Assembly (NCBI GenBank): GCA_964016885.1
Contig: OZ024741.1
Coordinates: 394,940,001-395,004,000, forward strand
Direction: 5' to 3'
Source: Eledone cirrhosa
Lineage: Eukaryota
Length of the DNA stretch: 64,000 bases
Positions 1-13,111 of this stretch are shown one piece after another. The notes under the pieces are model-generated. The model was not told where the DNA came from. It saw only the letters and a list, made by a program, of their open reading frames with translations, and did no database searches. How positions within the stretch are numbered: position 1 is the first letter of the stretch; every line of letters begins with the position of its first letter. The translations under genes and the position numbers were made by a program.

Positions 1-746
1 GACAGTGATTACATTGTGCCTGTTCATTTGTTGAGTCAGCTTGATGTCTGTCAACATTAAAATGAAAAAGAAAAATATGAGAATCAGGACAAGTTAGAAA
101 AAAGTTAGAGCTATTAAAATACATGTCCTCAAAGAACTGACTAACTCTGCATATATATATAAATAATCATCATTATACTTTTTAATTCTGAGGATAAACC
201 AGCGCCAAGTGATCACATCTTGCTCATACATTCCATATTTGGCATGGTTACAATCGTTTGATCTGCTTCCTAACACCAACCATCTTATAGGGTGTATTGG
301 GTGCATTTCTTTTGTGACACCAGCACTAAGATTTTATGAAGTGGACCAGGTGTGTTTTATCTGGTCACCAGCACTAGAGAGGTTATCATATGATCATTCA
401 AACTCAAGTGAACCCTATAGTGTCATACACTCCATATTGTGTTTGGTGACAGGAAGATCAACCAGTTGTAGAAACTATGCCAAAAATTTGAATGTAGAAG
501 TAGAATTTCTGAAAAAGAACTGAGTTCATAACTACTCGCTCAACTCATGCAAGCATAGAAAAAGGGACTTAAAATGATTATGATGGGGGTGATGTGTGTC
601 ATTACCATCACCATTTAACTTTTTAGAACTATATATATATGTATATATATATATAAACAATACAATACAATATAGAGAGAAGAAAACATGAAAGAGTCTT
701 TAATTCCGTTGTTTCATTTGATATATATATATATATATGTATGTGA

Positions 747-1915
747 AAGGTAAACAGAAATAACAAAACAATCGGTACAGTATATGGAAGGGATATATTA
801 GGTTAACGCTTGATATAGCAGGAAGAGGGTCTTAACGTTTTGGACACTAGTCTTTCATCAGAAGAAAGAATGAGAAATAAGATAGATTGAAGGGACGGGT
901 GGGGTGGAATTGGAAAAAATGTCTTTAGATAAAAATAACAGGTCCATTCATGTTGACATCTCTTGCAAAACTGTTGGTGCTGGCGTTTTGTGTATGATTT
1001 ATTTTTTAGAAAAGTGGATGATGGAACGCGTCTACCTGAAATAGAAAAAAAAACGTTGTGTAAAAAGAGCTATACTTGTGTGTGTGTGTGTGTGTTGTTA
1101 TACGTCCATACGAAGCTAAGAAGAAATGTGTTTGTATATGTAAGTAAAAGAGTGTGTGTGTGCTTGTAAGTATGAAGCTATGAGCAAAAGTATGTTAATA
1201 TAAGGGTGTGTATGTGTGTATATAGAGCTGTGAAGGGAAAAGTGGAGTGTGCATATTTTATCGGTCTGTATTATTTGTAAGAATATGTTTCTGACCATAA
1301 GAGAGCCATAGGGATCTAGGGGTGAATGTACAAGCACGTGTGATAATGGACGGGGTATTAAAGAAATTGGGGAGGAGAGTTGAGTCCATGAGGAAAATAG
1401 GACCCAAGGAGGTAAATCAGACTGTGTTCAGTCTTGGTGCATGAGGCCTGTGATCCATGATGTAAAAGGACACCCAGGACTGAGACATGTAGGGAAGAAT
1501 GACCAGGAGAACAAAAATGATGTGTGACAGGAGTATCCAAACCGAATCATATGTCCCTCAAATGTTCAGCAAAACGGTCCGCCATACGGCGTCCCATTTG
1601 CCTGATCTATAAAGACCCACAAAGGGAACACCGGAGGGCATAGACAATGTCGGTAGATGTGCAAATGAAGGAATGGCGGATACGGAATGACCCGTTAGGG
1701 CCTGTGAGAGTGGTGAGGGTGGAAATGAAGGGACAAGTGTTGCAGTGGGGATGAGAACAAGGATGAGAGCCGGATGGAGTCGTAGGAGAGGACGAGAAGG
1801 AACTGCATACCAGGAGGTCGCGGAGGTTGCGGGTGTGCTTAAAAGCAATTATAGGTGGGTTTGGAAATAAGTGAGAAGTGACAGGGTCAGAAAAGAGGAA
1901 GGAACGTCACAGGAG
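747..1915 (-). mobile_element. Degenerate Penelope-like element 3' end (GIY-YIG endonuclease plus pLTR)
   Basis: Minus-strand translation across stops gives SFICTSTDIVYALRCSLCGSL..GRRMADRFAEHLRDI..PVTHHFCSPGH..LIYLLGSYFPHGLN, typical of PLE GIY-YIG domains. A degenerate HHR lies at about 829-865. The element abuts a TA tract. Confidence 0.8.
829..865 (-). ncRNA. Degenerate minimal hammerhead motif in a PLE pLTR
   Basis: Minus strand reads tctt-CTGATGA-aagactagtgtcc-AAAAC-GTT-aaga; the core GAAA is mutated to AAAA. Confidence 0.55.
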
Positions 1916-2059
1916 GCCAGTTAAACCTGCATAGGTTGAGCTCTAAATTTCATTCTTTTTTTGTCAATCATAGAATGAAATATAATAGTGACTGTAATTC
2001 TAAATTTTTACTGTTGAAAATCAGAATGTACCATCTCCACCATCTCTAATATCAAATTC

Positions 2060-3720
2060 CATAACAACTATGGAATTTACACCTGCAATGCTGCGATGTC
2101 ACCTTAAGAATAAGTGTGACTATACCTCCCCTGGTCTTGATGGTGTTACATACCTGCTTCTCAAACGTGGCGGGTACTTCCTTTTGCACCAGCTTTCTTT
2201 CTTCTTTCAATACTGTCTCAACAATGGTGCTACACCGGAGCAGTGGAAGACTGCCAGTGTCATTCCCCTGTTCAAAAAGGGCGACCACACGTCACCTGTC
2301 AACTATCGTCCAGTCAGTCTTACTAACTGTATTGCCAAATTGATGGAATCCTATGTCAGAGAAACACTTTGGAACTTCTGGAGCTCTCACAGCCTCATCC
2401 GGCCCTTGCAGTTTGGATTTATCCCTAACTCCAGCTGCTGTGATCAGCTTATCGAGTTCCTTGAAGACATTACCCGGATCACTGATGGCGGCTCATGGGT
2501 GGATGTTGTTTACCTTGACTTTGCTAAGGCTTTTAATTCTGTGCCACACAAAAGACTTATGGCGAAACTCTCTGCAATGGGTGTGAAGGATGATCTTTTT
2601 AACTGGTTGAAATCCTTCATTCTCAGCCCAAAAGAGGTACTCACGGTTCTAGGACAGCATTCTTCACCATATGAGATGTCATCTAGTGTACCACAGGGAT
2701 CTGTTCTTGGTCCCCTTTTGTTTGTGGCATATATTAATGACATAGATGCCAACTTAAAGAATGCCACGGTACTGAAATATGCAGATGACATCAAGCTGTA
2801 CCTTGAAATCAAAAGGACTGATCCTGAAATCTACAACTCTTTCCTACAATCAGACTTGGACACAATGCAGCAATGGATCACAGACTGGCAACTGAAGCTG
2901 GCTGTGGACAAGAGTACCACCATGCATTTTGGGAGGAAAAATCCAGCGTCCACATACTCCCTCCACAACACTGATATCAAGAAGTTCTCTTGTGAACGTG
3001 ACCTGGGCATTACTGTCAGCAGCGATTTGCGTTGGACAAAGCATGTCTCTAAGATTGTCAAGAAGGCCGAGGGTGTCTTGGCATCACTCAGCAAGACCTT
3101 TGTTAGCCGCTCTCCAGCTATCTATTTAAAGCTGTATACAGTTACAGTACGACCACACTTGGAATTCGCATCATCAGTCTGGACCCCCTATCTTGCTCAG
3201 AACATTGACCTCCTGGAAACTGTTCAGAGATGTGCAACCACGCGCATACCCTCCATCAGACACCTACCTTACTCTGAACGCCTTGCTTCCTTGGGCATGG
3301 ATTCATTGAAGCTCCGACGTCTGGCAATGGACTTGGTAAACACCCACAAAGTTATTAACCATCTCGCCAACAACAACCCTGAGCACCTTTTTTATCTCCA
3401 TGTGTCTAACACACGTGGGCATGCCTACAAAATCAGAAAACAGCACAACTCCCATGACTTTCGGAAACATTTTTTCACGCTTAGAGTTGCTGAAGTAAGG
3501 AACAAACTGCCTGCGTCAGTTATTAGCTGATGAGACACTGCGTCCTTTAAAACCCTCATGCTTCCTGAAATTCGCCAAAACTACACCATACACATGCACA
3601 CATCATGACTCATGCACTGTTCATTTTCTTGACGTTTGTGGATTACCCTACGTACTATACATACACTTTTTGATGAGTTGTAGTGCACTGTACACAACAT
3701 TTCCATTATTATTATTATTA
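2060..3720 (+). mobile_element. 5'-truncated CR1/L2-group LINE (RT ORF 2070-3530)
   Basis: SPGLDG, NYRPVSLT, LDFAKAF, PQGSVLGPLLF and YADD RT motifs; CR1-like C-terminus (NTRGHAYKI..FFTLRV); (ATT)n tail ending at about 3720. Confidence 0.9.
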
Positions 3721-3742
3721 AATAGAAGCATTTTTTTTTCAG

Positions 3743-3937
3743 TTTTGCAAAAACTTACCTCATGTTCCATGCAAGCCAATGGTTATTACCCACTTTCATG
3801 AATGGTTAGCTGGTGTTGGTCTCATATTTTGCCGCACACGTTTAGTTGATTGTACTACTATTTTTACAACACATGCCACTTTGTTGGGACGCTACCTTTG
3901 TGCTGCAAAAGCTGATTTTTATAACAATTTGCAAAAT
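3743..3937 (+). CDS. Gys: Glycogen synthase internal exon ([65 protein letters not shown])
   Basis: Polypyrimidine tract plus AG at 3741-3742 and GTGAGT donor at 3938. Contains the HFHEWLAG and [14 protein letters not shown] motifs of animal glycogen synthase. 195 nt, phase 0/0. Confidence 0.96.
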
Positions 3938-4279
3938 GTGAGTATACTTCTACAGCTTATATTTACATTTCTTGTTTCATTTTTGTTTTCTTCAATCAAT
4001 TCCTTTACACTTTTCTCTGTTCTCCTTTCTCCTATCATACTTGATAAAGATAATTATCATAATTTACACTCCTGGAGTCTTAAAGCATCAAGGCAAGAAA
4101 GTAAGGCAATATTGTTGAATGTTGAAACTTAAGTAGGAACCAAATACAAAACATCGATATTATCTAGTTTGTTTGGTAATGTTTTGAAATGATATATATT
4201 TTTTATGTAACCACATAGTATTTGAAAGCTTCATTAATCTTTTGTACATACATCTCACAGCAGACATAGAGAAGAAATT

Positions 4280-4470
4280 TAATTTTTCATTATTAGGGAT
4301 TGGCAGTATTGGTAGAGAGTCGGACACCATGCTTTTTAGCATAGATACGGCCCTTTATGATCTGAGTTCAAATCCCGCTGAGGTTAACTTTGCCTTTCAT
4401 CCTTACGGGGTCGATGAAATAAAGTACCAGTAATGCACTGGCCTTGTGCTAAAAGTAGAAACAATTATTA
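4280..4470 (+). mobile_element. Degenerate tRNA-derived SINE (resembles the octopus OK type)
   Basis: B-box GAGTTCAAATCCC followed by actttgcctttcatcc..ggggtcgatgaaataaagtaccagt. Related copies lie at about 18950-19090 (-) and 38700-38830 (+). Confidence 0.6.
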
Positions 4471-4848
4471 GGACTATTTAAAAGTTTGTAAGATCTGTAA
4501 TTCTTTGATAAATGAGTTGTCTAATAACAACAGTATACTATAGGGAAAAGCATGTTTAACTCTCAACATCCTGTACCACATGATTCCATTTTAGCAAGGC
4601 ATTATTGAAAAGTAAAAAAACAACTCTGACATCATCACATTAAAAATTACTTTAATATATTTTCTGCTAAATCATCACAAGAGATTAAGAGTTAAGTTGT
4701 TTTTTTTAATAGTTTTCTAAATTGTTTGATACCCTATGTCTAAGTTATATTACATTACATTTATCAAGTTATTTGTATAATCTTAAATTGAAGGGTTTGA
4801 ACAACCCTTGAGGATATATATTTTGAAATAATTTTTGTAATTAAACAG

Positions 4849-4993
4849 TTCAAAGTTGATAAGGAGGCTGGCGATCGTCAAATTTATCATCGCTATTGTA
4901 TGGAAAGATCTGCTGTACACTGTGCGCATGTGTTTACCACTGTCTCTGAAATTACTGGTTTAGAGAGTGAGCATTTATTGAAAAGGAAACCAG
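4849..4993 (+). CDS. Gys: Glycogen synthase exon ([48 protein letters not shown])
   Basis: CAG acceptor and GTAGG donor; continues the previous exon in frame; 145 nt. Confidence 0.96.
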
Positions 4994-5879
4994 GTAGGAA
5001 ATTGCTTCTAAATATCTTTAACACAACTAGTAGAAAAACCGCCCGAAGGGCCATTTTCTGATAGCATATGTAGTGTGCATATTGGTATTATACGCAAATA
5101 TATATGCATATAAATATATAAGTTAAAACAATGAAATAAAAAATAGAGATATACTTCACTGCTTTATGATCGTTTCTAGGTGATGATAATACATTGTAGC
5201 TATGCTCTGTTATTGATCTATGTAAGATTAGTTACAAAATATCAGATAAAGAGAATATTTACTTACATGCATATCACCAGCTGTTTTCAAAAGCAATAAT
5301 CATTTTATTCAGAATTAGTAGTATGTTAGTATCATGTCCTTATTTGGAGGAGGTTGAAGAACTAACCAATCAAATTGTTTTTTTCATATGGTGTTAAGAT
5401 GAAAAGTAATACACTTTAGTTGAGGTCATGACCCTTTGAAAGGAATGGTTGAATGGTGTTAATAGTAGAATTGGCATAAAAATCTATTAGGAGGAAAGGG
5501 ATTGTCAAACTGATAGTTGAATGTATCTGGTATAGTGAAGTTTAAAAGGAATGTAAAAATAAATGGTGATTAGTGTTGTATTGAGTTTTTAGGTGAATAT
5601 AAATTAAGGTTATGGCTAGGAAATATAGTATATTAAAAGATGAAAATTATAATAAGTGAAGTATATCTCTAATGACTTGATTTTTTATTTCATTGTTTTA
5701 ACTTATATCATGACTCTGTTTTCCTTTTAATGTTTTATTGTTTTCTGGGATTTATCTTAACCTACAACATTTTCAACATATGGATTACATTGAGTTCTTC
5801 ATGCAGAATAGACCCCACAACTTACTGTGGATACCTCTGTGCATATAAATATATGTAAATTGAAAAGTAAATTGACAAT

Positions 5880-6540
5880 ATCTTCTTCTTCGCCCACTTA
5901 TTTCTGAGAGGGTCGTAGGGGTAGAGTCCTTGTTAAACACTCCTTCTAGCGAGTTTGTCAGAAGCAAACATCTCTAACTGATCCAGCTGGATCCCAAAGT
6001 GTGACCAGCCAAGCTCATGGATGTTATCCAACTATCATGCTCAGGGTCTACCTCTGGGTCTCTTGCCGGTTGGTTTTTGCCTGTAAAATGTGTCCAGCGA
6101 TTCTTTACTGAGACATTCTAACCACATGCTCATAATATCGGAGTTGTGTTCTCTCAATTTGGAGAAGTAGCAGCTGTACCTGGAGTGACTCTGGTCTCTG
6201 AGCCATGCACTTTATCGAGTAACGTTACTCAAAAACCCTTCGGAGGAATCCCATTTCTGTCGCTTTTATTTGCAATTGTATTCTTTTGGTCATTACTCAA
6301 GATTCATGATTCTCGGTAAGAGTTGGCAGGAATACCAGGAAGACAGCGAGTTTGGCTTTTACACCTACCCCCTTCTTCTGATTGCTGAATGCTGAAGCTG
6401 GCGCATTACTGCATCAGCTTTTGAAATTCTTGCACTTAATTCAGCTTCTTGCATTCCATCACTCATCAACATAGCCCCGAGATACTTGAACTTCTCTACC
6501 TGCTTCAGTAGAACTCCATTCACATGTATATAAATTTGAG
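5880..6540 (-). mobile_element. RTE-type LINE 3' fragment
   Basis: IHVNGVLLKQVEKFKYLG...ELSARISKA post-RT motif; (GAA)n tail at about 5881-5891. Confidence 0.75.
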
Positions 6541-6739
6541 GCACTTCTGTCCACCCGTCCGTCACACAATGTGTATGTGTGTTTGTGTGAATGTATGTGT
6601 GTGTGAAAGGAAGGCAAGGGATACACACATATATATGTCTCTAACTTAAAAACAGTGACACACACACACACATACATAGGTCTCTAATTTAAGAACGCCG
6701 ATAAACGCGCACAAACACACACTGTCCTATTACCACTTA

Positions 6740-7410
6740 AGAGCTTTTGCACGGGCAAACATCCCCTCAATTTTGGAACCATTTGGGTTGTCCAGAATTG
6801 ATGGGAAAAGACTTGATGGTCTTACTCTGTGCTCCTGGTCAAGAGGCAGGTGTCTTACCTGGGATGTCACAGTTAGTGACTCTTTTGCTTCTTTCCACAT
6901 CCTGGATGCAACGGTAAGGGCGAGAGCTACAGCATCCGCAGCTGAATGGAACAAAATCCTAAAATACCATGTTGTGTCAGCCTGTAGCATTCGAGACGTT
7001 TGGGGGAGTCGGGCTACTGATAGCGAGGTTCTTATCTTCACTGGTGGCTCACCAAACAGAGGTAAATTTTGATGCTAGTGAGGGCACTTGGTTGTTTCAG
7101 CACCTCACCCAAGTAACGCTGCGAGCATGCTGGCTTGCCTCCAAAATTATTACAGAGGTTTCCCAGTGCTCCTTGCTATATTGTTATCTTTTGCTCTGGT
7201 AGCAGTTCGTTTGTCCACCCCTTTCACCTGCATTTTGTTCTATGTGGTCTAAGATGTGTGTATTACGTGCTTGTGTGTTTTTTTCTTTCTTTTTTTCCTT
7301 TCTCTTTCTTTTTTTCCTTTCTCTTTCTTTTGTATATATTATATTTGTTTGTGTTTTCGTTCTATAACTATTATATTAAATTTTTTTACAAATGAGTTTA
7401 AAAAAAAAAG
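6740..7410 (+). mobile_element. CRE-like non-LTR retrotransposon 3' fragment (restriction-like endonuclease domain)
   Basis: EPFGLSRIDGKRLDGLT..W..G..LTWDVT..AAE..KILKY, then after a frameshift PVAFETFGG..FLSSL..WLFQHL; T-rich UTR and an A10 tail at about 7400-7409. Confidence 0.7.
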
Positions 7411-7429
7411 TGTTAAATTGTGTTGTTAA

Positions 7430-10400
7430 TCTCTATATATATAAAACGGTAGATGTCTGTCTGTGTGTGTGTATGATTTTTATGCATTTCCACATTTCTC
7501 TACAATTTTGATGATTTTTTTTCCACTATGCTCCAAATTTATCAGGGCAGGTCAATGCATAATTACTTTTGCCAAAACTTTCCTGCTTCTATGAAAAAAA
7601 ATTGATAAAACTAAATATATGCTGTAACCCTCTCTCTTACACGCTTCATTCCTCTCACTACCCTCAATCTCCTCCGCAACTCTCTTTAAAAGGTTACTGC
7701 CTCCATCTCCATTACAGTTTAGAACAACAACAAATCTTCTCTCTCTATAATAGATCATTCACCCTCTTCGTTCGTCATACATCAAATATCAAAATTTAAA
7801 AAGCCGATAACACTAAATACATACTGCTCTCTCAACGTTACATTTTACATCAAATAACAAATATTCAAAAGCAACAGATGAATTTATAAAACAACAAACG
7901 TAACAATAACGACGCTTAAGCGTTCATTTACTTGAATCTCAACAAAGACATTATATTTTATTGTTGTCCTTTTTGTAATTTTTCTTTCTTTGTTTTTCTC
8001 AATATGAGACAAAAAATTAATGAGAAAACTTTTTTAACGAACGTCCGATTTCGCTGATATATTTTCCAGTGTGCTCCAAAATAACGCCCCTGTTTACGCT
8101 CTTTTGTGCTATAACTCAGACAGGCTTGGTTTACAGGTTTCACCTATTATTTGACATGCATTCTTCATAGATCTTACTTAGTACTCACTTTCCACTTACT
8201 CACCGTTCAATTGAAAGTTTTGGCTACTCCCCCTTTCATGCTCCATTACCTGCATAAATATTTACGTGTTCGGTCCTGCTACAACATAGTACTCACTTTA
8301 AACTAATTCAAAGTTCATTTGAAAATTTTCGCTACCAAACACATTCTTTGAATCTACGGTCATGGCACCCAATAAAGACCACGACTTAGTCGCCAAACTA
8401 AAGCTGCTTCTACTGCCAAACGAAGAAGAGCTACAGAGTTGTCCGTAGAAAAATTGACTCAGTTGTCACAAAATGCAACTCGAAATGCAATTACCCGGGC
8501 AACCGAGACAGAAAAAAAGAGGAGCATCCGCCTTTACGGAAATGCATTTGTAACTGCAGTTGCACGTGCAGCGCAAACTGATGAACAACATTCTCGACGA
8601 CGAACGAAAAATGCGGCCTCCACCGCTGCAGCATGTGACGGTGAGGACGAAGAACACCGTTACAGTCAACGACGAAGAGATGCCGCCTCAACTGCTGCGT
8701 CACGTGAGGACGAAGGGCAGCGTTCCAGACGTCAACGTACAGACGGCGCTTCAACAGCTTCCGTTCGCGCATCAGAGACTGCGCAAATTCAATTACAAAG
8801 GCTAGACGAGGTACACAGAGGATCAGTTGCAGTCAGTGGTCTCATAAGGCTTTCCACTATGACCCAACAGTAAACTATGCACTGATGCCAGAAGTTCAGA
8901 TTGGATCCATGTCTGTCATTTGCCAATATTGTCGGGCAAAAAAATGGCCTGGGGAGACTTCAGGGATGTGCTGCTCTGACGGCAAAGTGAAACTGCCTCC
9001 TCTACAGGAACCACCACAAACTTTGAAGTCTCTACTGACCGGTGCCACAGCAGAGTCGGAACACTTCCTTCGATGTTCCAGGAAATACAACGCTGCCTTC
9101 CAAATGACCTCTTTCGGAGCTAACATCATACGCGAGGACGGTTTCATGTCTACCTTTAAAGTTCAAGGACAAATTTACCACACAATCGGTTCGCTACTGC
9201 CCACGACAGACGGACAGCCGCAGTTCCTACAGCTATACTTTGTCACTGAATATTTGGACCAAGCGGAATGACGCGCTTCAATTTCGCCTGGCACAGACAT
9301 GGAAATTCTATTGCAACTCCAGAGAATGCTGCACGAAAACAACAACTACATTCGCAGTTTTAAATGCGCCTTTGGAGGCTGCTCCGTTGCCAAATATTGC
9401 TGTTATAATCGACGCTGACAGGAAACCACCAGACACCCATGCCAGACGTTTTAACACTCCCACGTGCAATGAAATAGCTGCGCTTCTTCATGGAGAACAG
9501 TAGAACAAGCGGGACATCATACTTCAGTGTAGGGACAATAGTCTGCAACGGATCAGCGAGACGCATAGGTCCTACGACGCATTCCAATATCCCCTACTTT
9601 TCCCATTCGGTGACGACGGATACCACTTTGGAATTCCTTTGTGCAACAGCAACAAAACTCTATGCAATTCTACACCTACCGATTCATGGTCCGCGAATGC
9701 TGCTTTAACCAACTCCACCGTGCAAGAGTACTCTTCAACCAGCTTGCTGTAGACGCGTGCGCAAAGATGGAATCTGAAAGGCTGTGCTACATAAGGAACA
9801 ATCAAGCACGCCTTCGTTCGGACAGCTACATTCACTTACGGGATGGAGTAAGGAATGACGTCGATCCTGAGAACCTAGGAAAACATTGTATCCTTCCGTG
9901 GACCTTCATTGGGAGTCCCCAATACATGAGTGAACGCACACAGGATGCTATGACGTACGTGCGTCTCTACGGCAGACCCTATCTCTTCATCACTTCAACA
10001 TGCAACCCTAAGTGGAATGAAATTACCGCGGAATTATTCCCCGGACAAAGGGTGTCAGACAGACACGATCTTACGGCACGAGTCTTTCACTTGAAGTTGA
10101 CAAAACTTATTGAACTCCTAAAATCAGGTAAGGCCTTTGGACCTGTTAGGTGCTACGTATACACCGTTGAGTGGCAAAAGAGAAGCCTGCCACACGCTCA
10201 CCTACTCATTTGGCTGATAACGAAAATCAACGCAAGCAGCATTGACAGCATCATTTCAGCAGAAATACCCGACCCAAAATTGGACAGAGAACTCCACAAC
10301 ATCGTCACTGCTCACATGGTTCATGGGCCATGTGGAAAAGGTTTCAACATGAATTCTCCATGCATTAAAGAAAGAAGGTGCACCAAGAGGTATCCTAGAC

Positions 10401-13111
10401 CATTCCTCCGAGAAACTCGGACAGGTGGCGACGGTTATCCATTATACCTCCGCAGGGAGCCAGCGGACAGAGGAATTGTTGCGAAAACACCACATCACAA
10501 CGTCGACAACCGGTGGATTGTACCCTACTGCCCACTTCTGCTTAAATTATTTAACGCCCACATTAACGTTGAATACTGCCATTCTGTCAAATCGATAAAG
10601 TACGTCTGCAAGTATATCAATAAGGGGTCCGATGATGCATCCTTTGGTCTTACAATGGAGAACAATTGAGACGAAGTAACTTGATACCAGGTCGGCCGAT
10701 ACATCAGCAGAAATGAAGCGTTCTGGCGATTCTTCCACTTTGCAATACACCATAACTACCCCCAATCAAACAGTTGGCGGTGCACCTTGAAAACGGTCAA
10801 AGAGTCTACTTCACCGCCTCCACCGCTGCTGAAACAGCAGAGGAACCCAAGGACACCACACTTACGGCATTTTTTAAGTTATGCCGAAACGATCCCTTCG
10901 CCAAGACCATCTTCTACTCTCAGGTGCCATAATACTACACATGGAACACAGACAACAGAATTTGGTTAAGAATGGTGAAAGGACAACCCATCAAGGAACA
11001 TCCAGGCATTAAAATGTCCCCCTACCCTTGGAAGAGTGTACACCATTCATCCTAACCAACAGGAATGCTTTTATCTCCGCCTTCTACTGCATGACGTGGT
11101 GGGACCGACATCTTTCGACGATCTGAAAACAATCAACGGAGAGCTTTGTACTTCATTCCGCACAGCCTGCCTTAGACGGGGTCTACTGGAAGATGGCGCT
11201 CAGTGGGATGCGACATTGGCGGAGGCAGCTACAATACGCTCAGTGCGAACTCTTCGGCAACTCTTTGCGGTGCTACTGCAGACATGCGAGTTAAGCGACC
11301 CTGCATCCTTATAGGACAAATACAAAGAGGACCTTTCTGATGACTACATACACCAAGGACAACTGCTACTCCCTCATTCCGACGTACGACTCAGCGACAA
11401 ATTCTTCAACAAAGCTCTCATTGACATCGAGGACAAAATCCTAACTGCCGGCGGAAATGACCTTCCATTCTATGGACTGCCAAAAGTTCAGCGAACGGGC
11501 ATAATTCAGGAAACTGCCTACGACGTTCACGCCCTCGAACTGTTCATTAACGAAAACCAGCCGAAATTGTTGCAGGACCAACGGCAGGTGTATGACACAG
11601 TTTGCACTTCCATTCGTCAATGCAGAGGAGGTATCTTCTTTTGGGACACCCCAGGAGGAACTGGTAAAACATTCGTCAATAAACTCCTCCTCGCCAAAGT
11701 GCGACAGCAGAAAGGAATCGCCCTGGCTGTGGCTTCTTCTGGCATTGCTGCAACTCTGCTGCCCGGAGGTAGGACAGCTCATTCCGCATTTAAACTGCCA
11801 TTCAACACAACTTCAGACGACACAATAACCTACAACATCACCAAGGACTCTGACAAAGCTGAAGTCTTGAAAAGATGCCACCTAATTGTGTGGGACAAAT
11901 GCACAATGGCCTATAAAGGGTCCCTTGAGGCGTTAGACAGGACCCTACGAGACATCAGGGAATGCAACCAGCTGATGGGAGGAGTACCTCTACTGCTGTC
12001 TGGCGATTTTCGACAAACTTTTCCAGTTGTTCCAAAAGCCACCAGGGCCGACACTGTGAGGGCTTGCATTAAGTCATCTCCCCTGTGGCAGGAAGTGACA
12101 ATCCTGACCCTCACAACAAACATGAGAGCCCACTGCTCGGTGACCACTCAGCAGCCGACTTCTCAAAGGACCTCTTAACAGTTGGTGACGGCACTGCACC
12201 TTCAGATGCAGCTGGAGAAATGGCAGTCTCGCAAGTAGGCACCGTTGTCGACACTGTTGACGACCTCACAGCCTCTGTCTTTCCCAATATGGCGACCAAC
12301 TACAAAAACACGAGTTGGCTATGCGATAGAGCCATATTGGCTCCCAAAAATATCTCAGTTGCAAAAATCAATGAGGACCTTCTGCAACGCATTCCTGGAA
12401 ACCTCCGTACCTACAAATCTGTGGACAAAGTGGTGGACAAAGATGAGGTTGACGATTTTCCAACAGAATTCCTCAATTCCTTGGACCTCTCTGGACTGCC
12501 ACCTCATGAACTGCGCATCAAAGTTGGGACTCCAGTCATGCTGTTGAGGAACCTGGAACCACCACGTCTCTGCAACGGAACACGGTTAGTGGTAAGACAC
12601 CTCCTGCCGCATGTAATTGAAGCCACAATTCTCACGGGCTGCGGCGCTGGAGAAAACGTCTTCATACTCAGAATGCCATTAACTCCATTAGGTACGGACT
12701 GCCCCTGTACTCTGTACTGACTTCAATTCCCCGTTCAACTTTGCTTCGCGATGTCAATCAACAAGTCCCAAGGCCAAACGCTATCAACGGCAGGCCTGCA
12801 TTTAGCCCAGCCGTGCTTCTCACATGGCCAATTATACGTCGCATGCTCAAGAGTGGGATGCAAGCAGAACTTATTCATACTTGCGTCCAAAGGCAGAACA
12901 AAAAATGCTGTCTACATAGAGGTGTTGTGACTCCTCTATTCAGCACCACTGTAGTCTTGCCGGTCTGACATATAGTGAGTAGATGCTATTGTTGTATATT
13001 TTCAAACTTACCCGTATTTACTTTCAATGCCTCAATATTCATAATTGAGTGGAATCATTAAAAGTACTTTAAAGCAATCAAACTCCGAGCAACGCCAGGC
13101 ACTTCTGCTAG
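7430..13111 (+). mobile_element. Full-length autonomous-type Helitron with an inactivated Rep/Pif1 helicase
   Basis: 5' TC at 7430, subterminal hairpin CCGAGCAACGCCAGG, 3' CTAG at 13108-13111, A|T insertion site. HUH Rep motifs VEWQKRSLPHAH and YVCKYINKG; helicase motifs GGTGKT, GDFRQ, CNGTRL, INKSQGQT and HGQLYVACSR. Many stops and frameshifts. Confidence 0.95.

Noticed and set aside
1915-1960. Short match to 13955-13995 (aaacctgcataggt..gagct.taaatttca)
   Set aside because: Too short to classify; probably a small dispersed repeat remnant.
1-3742. Upstream glycogen synthase exon
   Set aside because: No matching peptide with splice sites was found; it probably lies before the window.
3938-4132. 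3' extension of ORF 3779-4132
   Set aside because: It reads through the GT donor into intron; glycogen synthase similarity ends at 3937.
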